Below, one piece after another: positions 43,774 to 51,523 of a stretch of DNA of 64,000 nt; position 1 is the stretch's first letter, and every line of letters begins with the position of its first letter. A model generated the notes under the pieces. It ran no database searches. It was not told the DNA's origin and worked only from the letters and a program-made list of their open reading frames with translations. Made by a program: the position numbers and the translations under genes. Source of the stretch: Planctomycetota bacterium (GTDB taxonomy: Bacteria > Planctomycetota > SZUA-567 > H5-PLA8); the NCBI GenBank assembly GCA_035308565.1, contig DATGGK010000269.1:23656-87655 (forward strand), given 5' to 3'.

Positions 43774-44264
43774 GGCGTCACTCCTATTTTTTTAAAGAAT
43801 TCCACTGCCGTCGGTATCTCCACCGTAATCTGCCATGGGCTCACGGACCTCGCATCCGAACGACCCCACCAGGGATTAGCCAATATCTCCGAATCATATC
43901 CGCTGCTCTTCCTTTGGAAAAAAGTAGGCTCCTTCCTTGTGGGGCTGAAGTTGGTCTTCAAAAAATCCAGCAACGATGGAAACCATCCGCGCTGCGGCGG
44001 CGGCTGAGATGAGCGTAGCTGTAGCGCCAGCGCTTTCATATCCTCGCGCATTTGTGCAAACTCGCGCGCGGCTGCTGCTGCCCGGTCATTCTTTGCAACC
44101 GAATTCGCAATCGCGTTCTGCGCCGGAGCGCCGATGCCAGCCGCCGGCGGCGGTGGCGCCGAACGCGGACACGGCTCGCAACATTCATCGCGGTCATTAC
44201 ACGAACAGAGCAGCAACGAAAGCGCAAAAGACGCAGCGGAAACAAGCAGGAACCGTTGGCTCAT
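43770..44264 (-). CDS. Cys-motif lipoprotein, paralog 2 (tandem duplicate)
   Basis: MSQRFLLVSAASFALSLLLCSCNDRDECCEPCPR...; homologous over its whole length to paralog 1 but diverged C-terminally. ATGA overlap with paralog 1. Confidence 0.5.
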   Translation of the reverse strand: MSQRFLLVSAASFALSLLLCSCNDRDECCEPCPRSAPPPPAAGIGAPAQNAIANSVAKNDRAAAAAREFAQMREDMKALALQLRSSQPPPQRGWFPSLLDFLKTNFSPTRKEPTFFQRKSSGYDSEILANPWWGRSDARSVSPWQITVEIPTAVEFFKKIGVTP

Positions 44265-44337
44265 GGAGTCGCTCCAATCTGCGCAAGGGCCGGGGAAAAC
44301 GATTTACTTTTTAGTCGGTGCGATAATCAGACGCTCG

Positions 44338-44637
44338 TCAATTCGACTTCTTCGCGCGTTTCTGATTTTTGGGGGTTTTGTACATCGCGTCGACTTCCGC
44401 CCAGAATCGATCTTCTGGAATCCCCTGACCCGCGTCAATCTGCGCGTTTGCTTCGTCCAATATGGCTCTCAATTTCGGCGAGTACGCCATCGCAAGGCGC
44501 TCAATGTCGTCCTGATTCCCCCCCACTAGAATCGCAACTCGTTTGCCCTTTCGAGTGAATACGACGGGGGCGTCTTCACTAGCTTTCAAATATTGGTCAA
44601 AATGTGTTCCGACCTCCTCGACCGTTGCACTTTTCAT
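44338..44637 (-). CDS. Type II antitoxin, Phd/YefM family
   Basis: The N-terminal KSATVEEVGTHFDQYLKASEDAPVVFTRKGKRVAILV fits the Phd/YefM fold consensus. 99 aa. Confidence 0.65.
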   Translation of the reverse strand: MKSATVEEVGTHFDQYLKASEDAPVVFTRKGKRVAILVGGNQDDIERLAMAYSPKLRAILDEANAQIDAGQGIPEDRFWAEVDAMYKTPKNQKRAKKSN

Positions 44638-44951
44638 AATTCAATCTCCTCATCACCGACCACTAATTGGTCGCGATCCTTTTTTCCAATCGCGAGAACA
44701 CGCACCACACGCGCATCGTCCTCAATCTTGTAAAGTGCACGAAAGCCGCCGAACCGAATCTCCCACTCCGCTCCAAACGCCGCAGGCTGTCGCAAAGGCT
44801 TGCGATTCCGATTTTCGGCGCCCGGTTCAAACTTCAACCGCTCATGAATTGTCCTTTGTATGAACGCGTGGTACTTCCGCTCAATTCGCCGCAGATGTTC
44901 CTTTGTGATCGGCGCAAAAATCAAAGTATAGCCCGGTCCCCCCATATACAA
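44634..44951 (-). CDS. Type II toxin, RelE/ParE family; encoded upstream of its antitoxin (reverse order)
   Basis: C-terminal EWEIRFGGFRALYKIEDDARVVRVLAIGKKD is the RelE/ParE signature. 4-nt overlap with the antitoxin gene. Confidence 0.65.
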   Translation of the reverse strand: MYMGGPGYTLIFAPITKEHLRRIERKYHAFIQRTIHERLKFEPGAENRNRKPLRQPAAFGAEWEIRFGGFRALYKIEDDARVVRVLAIGKKDRDQLVVGDEEIEL

Positions 44952-45001
44952 GAATTCTCTTCACTTTACGGCCCATGTCAACATGCGACGTAGCTCACAG
45001 C

Positions 45002-46348
45002 TCACTGCCCATTCCCCGTCGCCTTCTTAGCCGCCGCTTTCCCCGCAGTCTGCGTGCTGTTCGCAGTGCTTCCGGCGCTCGTCGTCGCCGAACCCAGCAT
45101 CGCCGTTGACAAAAACGAATGGCTCGCCCCAAACGAAAGCGCCACCGTCACCGTCGCATTCGCGGCCGTGTACGGCCCGTTGTCGCCGTGGCTGCACACG
45201 ATCGTGCAAGGCTGTATGAATTGACCCGGCGACAGCAGCGACGTCAGCTTCGATGGAATCTTGCGCGCCGCTTTCACTGTCAGCAGCTTCTTCTTGAGGT
45301 CCCACTTCAGGCTCACACTTCCAAACGGCACGTTCTCGAACTTCGGCGGTTTCGAAAAATTGTTTGACGTGACGTCGATCGACGTTCGTTCCAGAAACGT
45401 GGCGCTGCCGTGTTTCAAATCCAGTTTGCCGCCCAAACTCGCCGCCGCGCCCAGCGGCGACGAAAAGTTATAGTGTCCGGCGACGATGCTGAAGACCGTG
45501 TTCTCATCGATCGGCGTCGAATCCGAAAGCGCCTCCAGCGACAGCGTGGCGCTGATTGAGACGCTCGCACTGGTCAGATCGACCACAGTCGTGGTATCGC
45601 CTTTAAGCGCTGTGTCGCTGTACGATTCGCTCATCGTCGCCGTCACGCTCCCGTTGCCCGGCGTCGTATTGGCCGGCGGAGCGCTGATGGTGAGCCGCAT
45701 CGACTGCGAATTGCCCGCGAAAGAACTCGACGAAAGGAAACTCACATTGCAGCCCACGACATAATAGCCTGCCGAGGTAGGTGTGCCGGAGATGATCCCA
45801 TTATTAATGGAGAGCCCATTCGGCAGCCCTTCAGCGCTGAACACATTCGTCGGCACCCCCGTCGCAGACAGTCCGTAAAGAAAAGGACTGCCCACGCTGC
45901 CCGTCACGTCCCACGGCGCACCGGGAAGAGAAATATCCAGCCCCTTGACGAACAGATTATGCAATGGATTCTGAGTGGCATCGCCAAGGTCGATCAGAAA
46001 CGTCACGATAAACATCCCGGTGACATTTTGCGCGCTGGTCGCCGAGAGCAGGACATTGAACGTTCCGCTGCTCGTGGGCGTGCCGCTGATGACTCCCGTG
46101 CCTTTGTTAAGCGCCAGCCCGGGCGGCAAACCCCCGGGAAGGCCGGCGAAAGTATCGTTAAAACTAACCGGATTGTTCGTAGCCGTGATCGTGTAGCTGA
46201 AAGCCCCAGGTCCGGCGTTCACGGAAGCAGCGCTCGTTAGCACCGGAACAGTCGGATCGACCACCCGCTCTTGCGCGGCGCTTGCGAAGGCCCACGCAAT
46301 CAGATTGAAACAGAGAAAAAGGGAGCGGAAATAGGACGCGGTTGACAT
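45002..46348 (-). CDS. Secreted protein with two putative Ig (He_PIG/dystroglycan-type cadherin-like) domains
   Basis: Signal peptide at the ATG at 46348. Repeats of the pattern GAFSYTITATNNPVSFNDTFAGLPGGLPPGLALNKGTGVISGTPTSSGTFNVLLSATS. Confidence 0.6.
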   Translation of the reverse strand: MSTASYFRSLFLCFNLIAWAFASAAQERVVDPTVPVLTSAASVNAGPGAFSYTITATNNPVSFNDTFAGLPGGLPPGLALNKGTGVISGTPTSSGTFNVLLSATSAQNVTGMFIVTFLIDLGDATQNPLHNLFVKGLDISLPGAPWDVTGSVGSPFLYGLSATGVPTNVFSAEGLPNGLSINNGIISGTPTSAGYYVVGCNVSFLSSSSFAGNSQSMRLTISAPPANTTPGNGSVTATMSESYSDTALKGDTTTVVDLTSASVSISATLSLEALSDSTPIDENTVFSIVAGHYNFSSPLGAAASLGGKLDLKHGSATFLERTSIDVTSNNFSKPPKFENVPFGSVSLKWDLKKKLLTVKAARKIPSKLTSLLSPGQFIQPCTIVCSHGDNGPYTAANATVTVALSFGASHSFLSTAMLGSATTSAGSTANSTQTAGKAAAKKATGNGQ

Positions 46349-46542
46349 AGTCTTTGCTCCTCGCTGTAAAACCGAATCGTCTTTGCGAAGGGGTTGTGCA
46401 GTGTATGCGCGTCGTGACGTATTGCAAGAGGTCGAAAATACGACTGTGTTAGAAAGTCTGGCGACCCGTCGAAGTGGATTTCTCCTATCTATTATCTCGT
46501 ACCTCCCAACTCCCAAATCCCCACTCCCAACCCCTACCCCCT

Positions 46543-47565
46543 TCACGTCGCCTCATCCACATCCGCATCATCATCCGCCCGCGCCCGCACCCGCTCCGGC
46601 GCCTCGTACGCCGCGCGTTCGTACGCGTCCCCGCTGCGTGTCGCCGGCGCGTCCGTCTTGCGCACGCGCGCCGGCCGTTCTTCGCGCGCCGAATAAGCGA
46701 AGCGGAAAAGCTGCCGCACCAGAAACCAATTTCCCAGCGCCAACGCCACGCCGGCGGCGGCGAATTGCGTGATCGGCGCGAACATCACGTCGGCAATATG
46801 CGGCGGCGAAAATTCGCCGACGACCATCGTGATCGCCATCAACATGCGGTAGCTTACCAGCGCCGCGAACATGCCCAGCAGCGCGGCCGATAGCCCCGTG
46901 ATCATCGCATCGAGATGCCCGAAGAATGTTTTCTCGGCCGGCAGCGCCGCCGTGCAAAGCGAATGCGCCAGCGGACACGCCGCAACCAGCGCCAGCGCCA
47001 ATTGCCCGCCGCCTGAATCCAACGCCGTCATTACAGCATTGTCGAGCACTTTGTTGACGACCACCAAAAACACAATCGACACGCCGATGCCGACGATGAA
47101 GACGAAGATCGTCATCACGCCGCCCAACGCCACGCCGCGCGCGATCAGATACAAAATCAAAAACACAACGTAGACCACCGACGCGCCCGGAATCAAAAAC
47201 AAGCACACGCTGAAAATCCCCGTCGCCGCGCAATACTGCGCGAAGCGGCCGTGGCGATGCTCGAACCCGATCGCCAGCGAGAGAATCATCCCGTTGCCGC
47301 CGGCGAGTAGCCCGTAAAAAATCGTGCCGCTGAACCAATTTGGAAAGTCAGCGCGAATCAGCAGCGAGCTGCCGAAAGCGGCAAAGAGCGCCCCGACCGG
47401 CAGCAGCAGCGTCAAAAACCCCCAGCGCAGTTTAAACACCGGTTGAATCGGCGTGCGCGGTTTGGCGCGCTTCGCCGCGTCGCTCTCGCCAGTCTGCTCA
47501 GCGGCTTCGCGATCGCGCTTTTCGTTCAGCGCGCGCTGCCAGGATTCGGGAAGGTCGGAGTTCAC
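46543..47565 (-). CDS. Hypothetical polytopic membrane protein with an acidic C-terminal tail
   Basis: 340 aa with about 8 hydrophobic segments. First gene of the apparent minus-strand operon. Confidence 0.5.
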   Translation of the reverse strand: MNSDLPESWQRALNEKRDREAAEQTGESDAAKRAKPRTPIQPVFKLRWGFLTLLLPVGALFAAFGSSLLIRADFPNWFSGTIFYGLLAGGNGMILSLAIGFEHRHGRFAQYCAATGIFSVCLFLIPGASVVYVVFLILYLIARGVALGGVMTIFVFIVGIGVSIVFLVVVNKVLDNAVMTALDSGGGQLALALVAACPLAHSLCTAALPAEKTFFGHLDAMITGLSAALLGMFAALVSYRMLMAITMVVGEFSPPHIADVMFAPITQFAAAGVALALGNWFLVRQLFRFAYSAREERPARVRKTDAPATRSGDAYERAAYEAPERVRARADDDADVDEAT

Positions 47566-47751
47566 AAGATCGTTCTCTATAAGTCCTATAGGCCCTATTA
47601 GGCCTATTGTGCGCCCCTATACAATTCGGGCGCGCGCTTGCCATTTTACGCGCAGTAACTCCCCTCTCGCCGAAATATTCCATTTTTCAGCAACTTTTTG
47701 ACTGTTTCCCCGTCATCAATAGCAGTAACGTATTTCGCGAGCGCGAATTGG

Positions 47752-47805
47752 AGCGGCGGCACTCTTGCCGCCGTGGAACTCAAGGGCGGCAAGAGTGCCG
47801 CCGCT
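47752..47805 (+). promoter_or_regulatory. Perfect 21-bp inverted repeat (AGCGGCGGCACTCTTGCCGCC, 12-nt loop) in the 5' leader of the DUF4126 gene
   Basis: Read directly. It lies 19 nt upstream of the GGAGGG ribosome-binding site of the 47824 ATG. Confidence 0.5.
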
Positions 47806-47823
47806 CCTGCGGAGGGTTTCGAC

Positions 47824-48513
47824 ATGGACATCGTCTACCAGATCATGATGGGCGTGAGTCTGGCGGCGTGCGCGGGCTTCCGCGCGTGGCTGCCCCTGTT
47901 CGTCGCCGGCATCATGGCCAAAACCGGCCACATCCACCTCAACGAATCCATGCTCTTCCTCCAAAGCACGCCTGTGCTGGCGATTTTCGGCATCGCGTCA
48001 GTGCTTGAATTCTGCGGCGATAAAATCATCGTGATCGATCACTTCCTCGACGCCGTCGGCACCGTCGCGCGGCCAGTCGCCGGAACGCTGCTGGTTTCGT
48101 CGATGATCACAAAAATGGACGGCTCGACCGCGATGATTCTGGGGCTGATCGCCGGCGGCGGCACGGCTTTCACGATGCACTCAGGGAAAGCCGTGATGCG
48201 CGCAAAAGCCACTGTGCTTTCCCCGCTGCACGGCGGAATCGGCAACGCGGTGCTTTCGATCGGCGAAGATATCCTTTCCGGATTCGGCAGCGTGGTCGCG
48301 GTTTTTTGGCCGGTGCTCGCCTTCGCCTTCACAATCTTTGCGCTGATCGTAGCGGGAATGCTGATCTACGTCGGCTGGCACGCGGGCAAGAAACTCGTCA
48401 ACGCAATCTCCTCGCCGCGCGTGGACGCCCTGCCGCAGCCGGCGTACGCGATGGATGCGCCGCAAACGTACGCAGTAAACGCGCCAGAACAAACGTCAAT
48501 GGAAGGCACATGA
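47824..48513 (+). CDS. DUF4126-family membrane protein
   Basis: MDIVYQIMMGVSLAACAGFRAWLPLFVAGIMAKTG...; hydrophobic, GxxxG-rich. Recalled as DUF4126 at moderate confidence. Confidence 0.55.
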   Translation: MDIVYQIMMGVSLAACAGFRAWLPLFVAGIMAKTGHIHLNESMLFLQSTPVLAIFGIASVLEFCGDKIIVIDHFLDAVGTVARPVAGTLLVSSMITKMDGSTAMILGLIAGGGTAFTMHSGKAVMRAKATVLSPLHGGIGNAVLSIGEDILSGFGSVVAVFWPVLAFAFTIFALIVAGMLIYVGWHAGKKLVNAISSPRVDALPQPAYAMDAPQTYAVNAPEQTSMEGT

Positions 48514-48539
48514 CCTGTACCTCCGGCGTCCGTTGATCT

Positions 48540-48680
48540 CGTATCGCAGGCGTCTCGCCTGCCCATGTTTCGCGAAGCGAAACGCCGCCGTTCAGCCCCG
48601 CAGGGGCGCAACATCTTAGCCCAGGGCGTAAGCCCTGGGTTCCGACCGCCGAAACTGGTCCAAGCCCTGAAAGGGCGGCA
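48540..48680. repeat. Cluster of five consecutive perfect short hairpins in the intergenic region
   Basis: GCAGGCG-tct-CGCCTGC; GTTTCGC-gaa-GCGAAAC; GCCCC-gca-GGGGC; CCCAGGGC-gtaa-GCCCTGGG; GCCC-tgaaa-GGGC. Confidence 0.5.
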
Positions 48681-48718
48681 CAAGAATCTGCGCTCATCGC
48701 GTTCGGACATTTGAAGCC

Positions 48719-49447
48719 ATGCGAAAACAATCCTTCCTTACGAGCGTGCTTCTCCTTCTGTCGGTGTCGCTTTGCGCCTCCGAAGACGACACAACCTCGC
48801 TAGTTATCGGCGTGCGCCGCGACATATCGGCGCAAAAGACCGCAACCACGCCGGCCAAACACGTCTGGTTCAAAGAAAAAACCTCCGACGCGGCGTTTCA
48901 CAACGAAGCCGTCGCTGCGGCGTACGCACTGGGCGCAGGCAAGGTTCAGTCGGGCGAATTGGATGAGTTGAAGGAATCCATCGCCGCTCAGAAAGACCGC
49001 TGCGTTCCCGAATTCGTGTGGATGCTTAATTGGAAAAACTGCGACAACGCCCTCACGCGGCGCGGTGCAATTGCGGGCCTGGGCATCTGCAATCCCGACA
49101 CGAAAGTCGCCGGCAAACCCCTCGCGATTTCAGCGATCTTCGAACCCGACGAAGCCGCGCGCAAAGCGTCGGTCGAACTGATCAAAGCACGCAAAGACAC
49201 CGAAGCCGCGAAGACGCTGGTCACCACCTGGAAAGCGTCCTTCGACGAAGGCGGCGTGCTCGCCGACAACGAAACGCAGCGCAAAGCCACGGTCGCCGCG
49301 ATGCACGACATCGGCGACAAGCGTGTCTTCGAGGTGCTGCTCTGGTACGATGATGGAAGTGCGCGCCGGTTCGGCCTCGCTCGACCGCGTCGATACCGTC
49401 TCGATCCACAACAACAACGCCGCTCAACCGATCAACCTGCCCATTGA
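48719..49447 (+). CDS. Secreted hypothetical protein, probably frameshifted near 49330-49350; the C-terminus continues in another frame to 49583
   Basis: Signal peptide LLLLSVSLCASE. The second frame (track ORF 49323-49583) ends with a protein-like ...DFGRNFTKWREWINGLP. No stop-to-start gap separates the two frames. Confidence 0.4.
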   Translation: MRKQSFLTSVLLLLSVSLCASEDDTTSLVIGVRRDISAQKTATTPAKHVWFKEKTSDAAFHNEAVAAAYALGAGKVQSGELDELKESIAAQKDRCVPEFVWMLNWKNCDNALTRRGAIAGLGICNPDTKVAGKPLAISAIFEPDEAARKASVELIKARKDTEAAKTLVTTWKASFDEGGVLADNETQRKATVAAMHDIGDKRVFEVLLWYDDGSARRFGLARPRRYRLDPQQQRRSTDQPAH

Positions 49448-49583
49448 CCTGCCGGTGCTCGAACTCCGCAGCGTTTCGGCAACGATCATCATCCCCGCGC
49501 ACATCAGCCTGAAGCAGGCCACCGGCCAGGACTTCGGCCGCAATTTCACCAAGTGGCGCGAGTGGATCAACGGGCTGCCGTAG

Positions 49584-49650
49584 AATTCAAAATTCAAAAT
49601 TCAAAATTCAAAATTGAAGGCGACGAATCTTGAATCTTGAGTCTTGAATT
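49584..49650. terminator. Bidirectional inverted-repeat terminator built from 9-nt direct repeats, between convergent genes
   Basis: (AATTCAAAA)x4 then a GAAGGCGACG loop region followed by AATCTTGAATCTTGAGTCTTGAATTT, which is an imperfect reverse complement of the first arm. Confidence 0.5.
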
Positions 49651-50399
49651 TACTTAATCGCCGGCAACGTGATTTCCTGGCCGACCTTTAATTTCCCGGG
49701 ATTCAATCCGTGATTGGCGGCGACGATCAGTTGAATCGTCTTCGGCCCGCTGATGCCGTAATGCTTCTTCGCAATTTGATCCAGCGTATCGCCGTTCTCG
49801 ATTTTGTACGTCGTCGCTGTCTTCCCGCCGGGCGTGTTCTCCTTGGTTTGCAAGAGAACTTGATGCGTCGAGCCAGTCTCGTGCTTTTCATGATACGGTT
49901 GCAGCGCAATCAGCGGCTTCGTCTCAACCGCCGGAATCTTGAGCACCGTGCCCGCTTTCAGCTTTGAAGACTTGAGGCCGTTCGCGTCCATAATCTTCTG
50001 CGTGTACTTGCCGTCGCCGTAAATCTTGAAGGCAATGCTCCACGGGCTGTCGTTGCTCGTGACGATGTACGAATAATACTCCATCGGCGGAGGCGGTGGA
50101 TTCGTTTCGCGCCCGCCTTCGATGATTGGACAATTGATAACGCCATCTCCTGGCAGACTCCCCGGCGGAACGGGCGTATTGGGCGGCGTCGCCGTTTGAT
50201 CCGGATCCGTCACCCCATTCGGATCGCGCGGCGCGGAAATATTCATTGGGTTGCGCGCGCCAGTGTCGTTGTCCGCCACCTCGCCTTCCAAATCGTTCGC
50301 GTTTCCACCATGCTTGTAGATCGCCTTGCCGACCAACAAGGTCACGCCCAAGCCCAACACCAGCACCACCGCCAACCCAATTCGCGCGTCCCGTTTCAT
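49650..50399 (-). CDS. LysM domain-containing protein with two LysM domains and a Pro-rich linker
   Basis: YIVTSNDSPWSIAFKIYGDGKYTQKIMDANGL and YKIENGDTLDQIAKKHYG...LIVAANHGL are LysM motifs. N-terminal signal/TM segment. Confidence 0.8.
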   Translation of the reverse strand: MKRDARIGLAVVLVLGLGVTLLVGKAIYKHGGNANDLEGEVADNDTGARNPMNISAPRDPNGVTDPDQTATPPNTPVPPGSLPGDGVINCPIIEGGRETNPPPPPMEYYSYIVTSNDSPWSIAFKIYGDGKYTQKIMDANGLKSSKLKAGTVLKIPAVETKPLIALQPYHEKHETGSTHQVLLQTKENTPGGKTATTYKIENGDTLDQIAKKHYGISGPKTIQLIVAANHGLNPGKLKVGQEITLPAIK

Positions 50400-50649
50400 T
50401 CGCCCCCCCTTTTTCCGCGGATGCTTCGCTGAAGCCTCGCGCGGTTTTAATTTGTCCTATAGGCCCTATGGCCCGCATTCTGTATCGGCACAATGCTCCA
50501 CAAGAGTTTAAAAGAATAAGCGTGGACTATGGCCGCCCGGTGCGATATAAATACCGGCGCCCTCGGACACGCTTGTTGGAGGGAGGGTGAACTATTTTAG
50601 CTTCGGGAACGTGATTTTGTTTTCAATTCGTAGCGAAGAGACGAGTCGA

Positions 50650-51435
50650 ATGCTTTCATTTTCCGAATCGGGCCGTCATCGCGCAGAACCGCTGATTCAG
50701 CTCGACGGCGTCTGCAAAGACTACTCTTCCGGCCCGAACACCGTCAAAGCCCTGCGCCCCGCGACGCTCACGCTCGACCGCGGCGAATTCGTCCTGCTTG
50801 AAGGCCCTTCCGGCTCCGGTAAAACTACGCTGCTTTCGATCATGGGCCTGCTGATGAAGCCCACCGGCGGCAGCATCCGCATCCTCGGCGACGACGTCAC
50901 GCGCTTGGGCGAAGACAAATTGCCCGCGATCCGCCTCAAGCACATCGGTTTTATTTTCCAAACGTTCAATCTTTTCCCTGCGCTCAGCGCGCTCGACAAC
51001 GTTAAACTGATTTTGAAGCTCAAAGGCTACTCGTGGACCGAGCGCCGCAAGGAAGCGCCGCACCTTCTCGAGCGCGTGGGCCTCGGCGAGTGCATGAACC
51101 GCAAGCCCGCCGATTTGTCCGGCGGCCAGCGCCAGCGCATCTGCATCGCGCGCGCGCTGGCCGGCGAATCCGACATCATCCTCGCCGACGAGCCCACCGC
51201 CGCGCTCGACACCGTCACCGGCACCGCCATCATCGAACTGCTCCGCGACGAAGCCCGCACCGGCCGCAAAGCCGTGCTGGTCGTCACTCACGATTTGCGC
51301 CTGGAAAAATACGCCACGCGCGTCGATCGCATCACCGACGGCGAACTGAACTGCGGCACGCCGCTCCGCCGCGCCGTCCGCGAAAGCGGCGTCCTGCGCG
51401 AAGCGCCCGCGGAACTCGTGAACGCGGCGATGTGA
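50650..51435 (+). CDS. ABC transporter ATP-binding protein (LolD/MacB/FtsE-like); no permease gene is adjacent
   Basis: Walker A GPSGSGKTT, signature LSGGQRQR, Walker B IILADEPT. ATG at 50650; the track begins upstream at 50587. Confidence 0.85.
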   Translation: MLSFSESGRHRAEPLIQLDGVCKDYSSGPNTVKALRPATLTLDRGEFVLLEGPSGSGKTTLLSIMGLLMKPTGGSIRILGDDVTRLGEDKLPAIRLKHIGFIFQTFNLFPALSALDNVKLILKLKGYSWTERRKEAPHLLERVGLGECMNRKPADLSGGQRQRICIARALAGESDIILADEPTAALDTVTGTAIIELLRDEARTGRKAVLVVTHDLRLEKYATRVDRITDGELNCGTPLRRAVRESGVLREAPAELVNAAM

Positions 51436-51441
51436 AAAAAA

Positions 51442-51508
51442 GGAGATAGGCGATAGGAGTTAGGAGATAGTAATTGTCGGAGCCTCCTATCTCCTAACTC
51501 CTATCTCC
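51442..51508. terminator. Inverted-repeat terminator made of GGAGATAG/TAGGAG direct repeats, between convergent genes
   Basis: GGAGATAGGCGATAGGAGTTAGGAGATAG, a 15-nt spacer, then CCTATCTCCTAACTCCTATCTCC. Confidence 0.5.
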
Positions 51509-51523
51509 TGACTCCTGCCGTTA

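Noticed and set aside
49584-49650. Considered the tandem short repeats at 49584, 51442, 52950 and 61241 as a CRISPR array
   Set aside because: The units are 6-9 nt with no spacers of 25-40 nt, and copy number is only 3-4. No cas genes are present. These are inverted-repeat terminators or REP-like elements.
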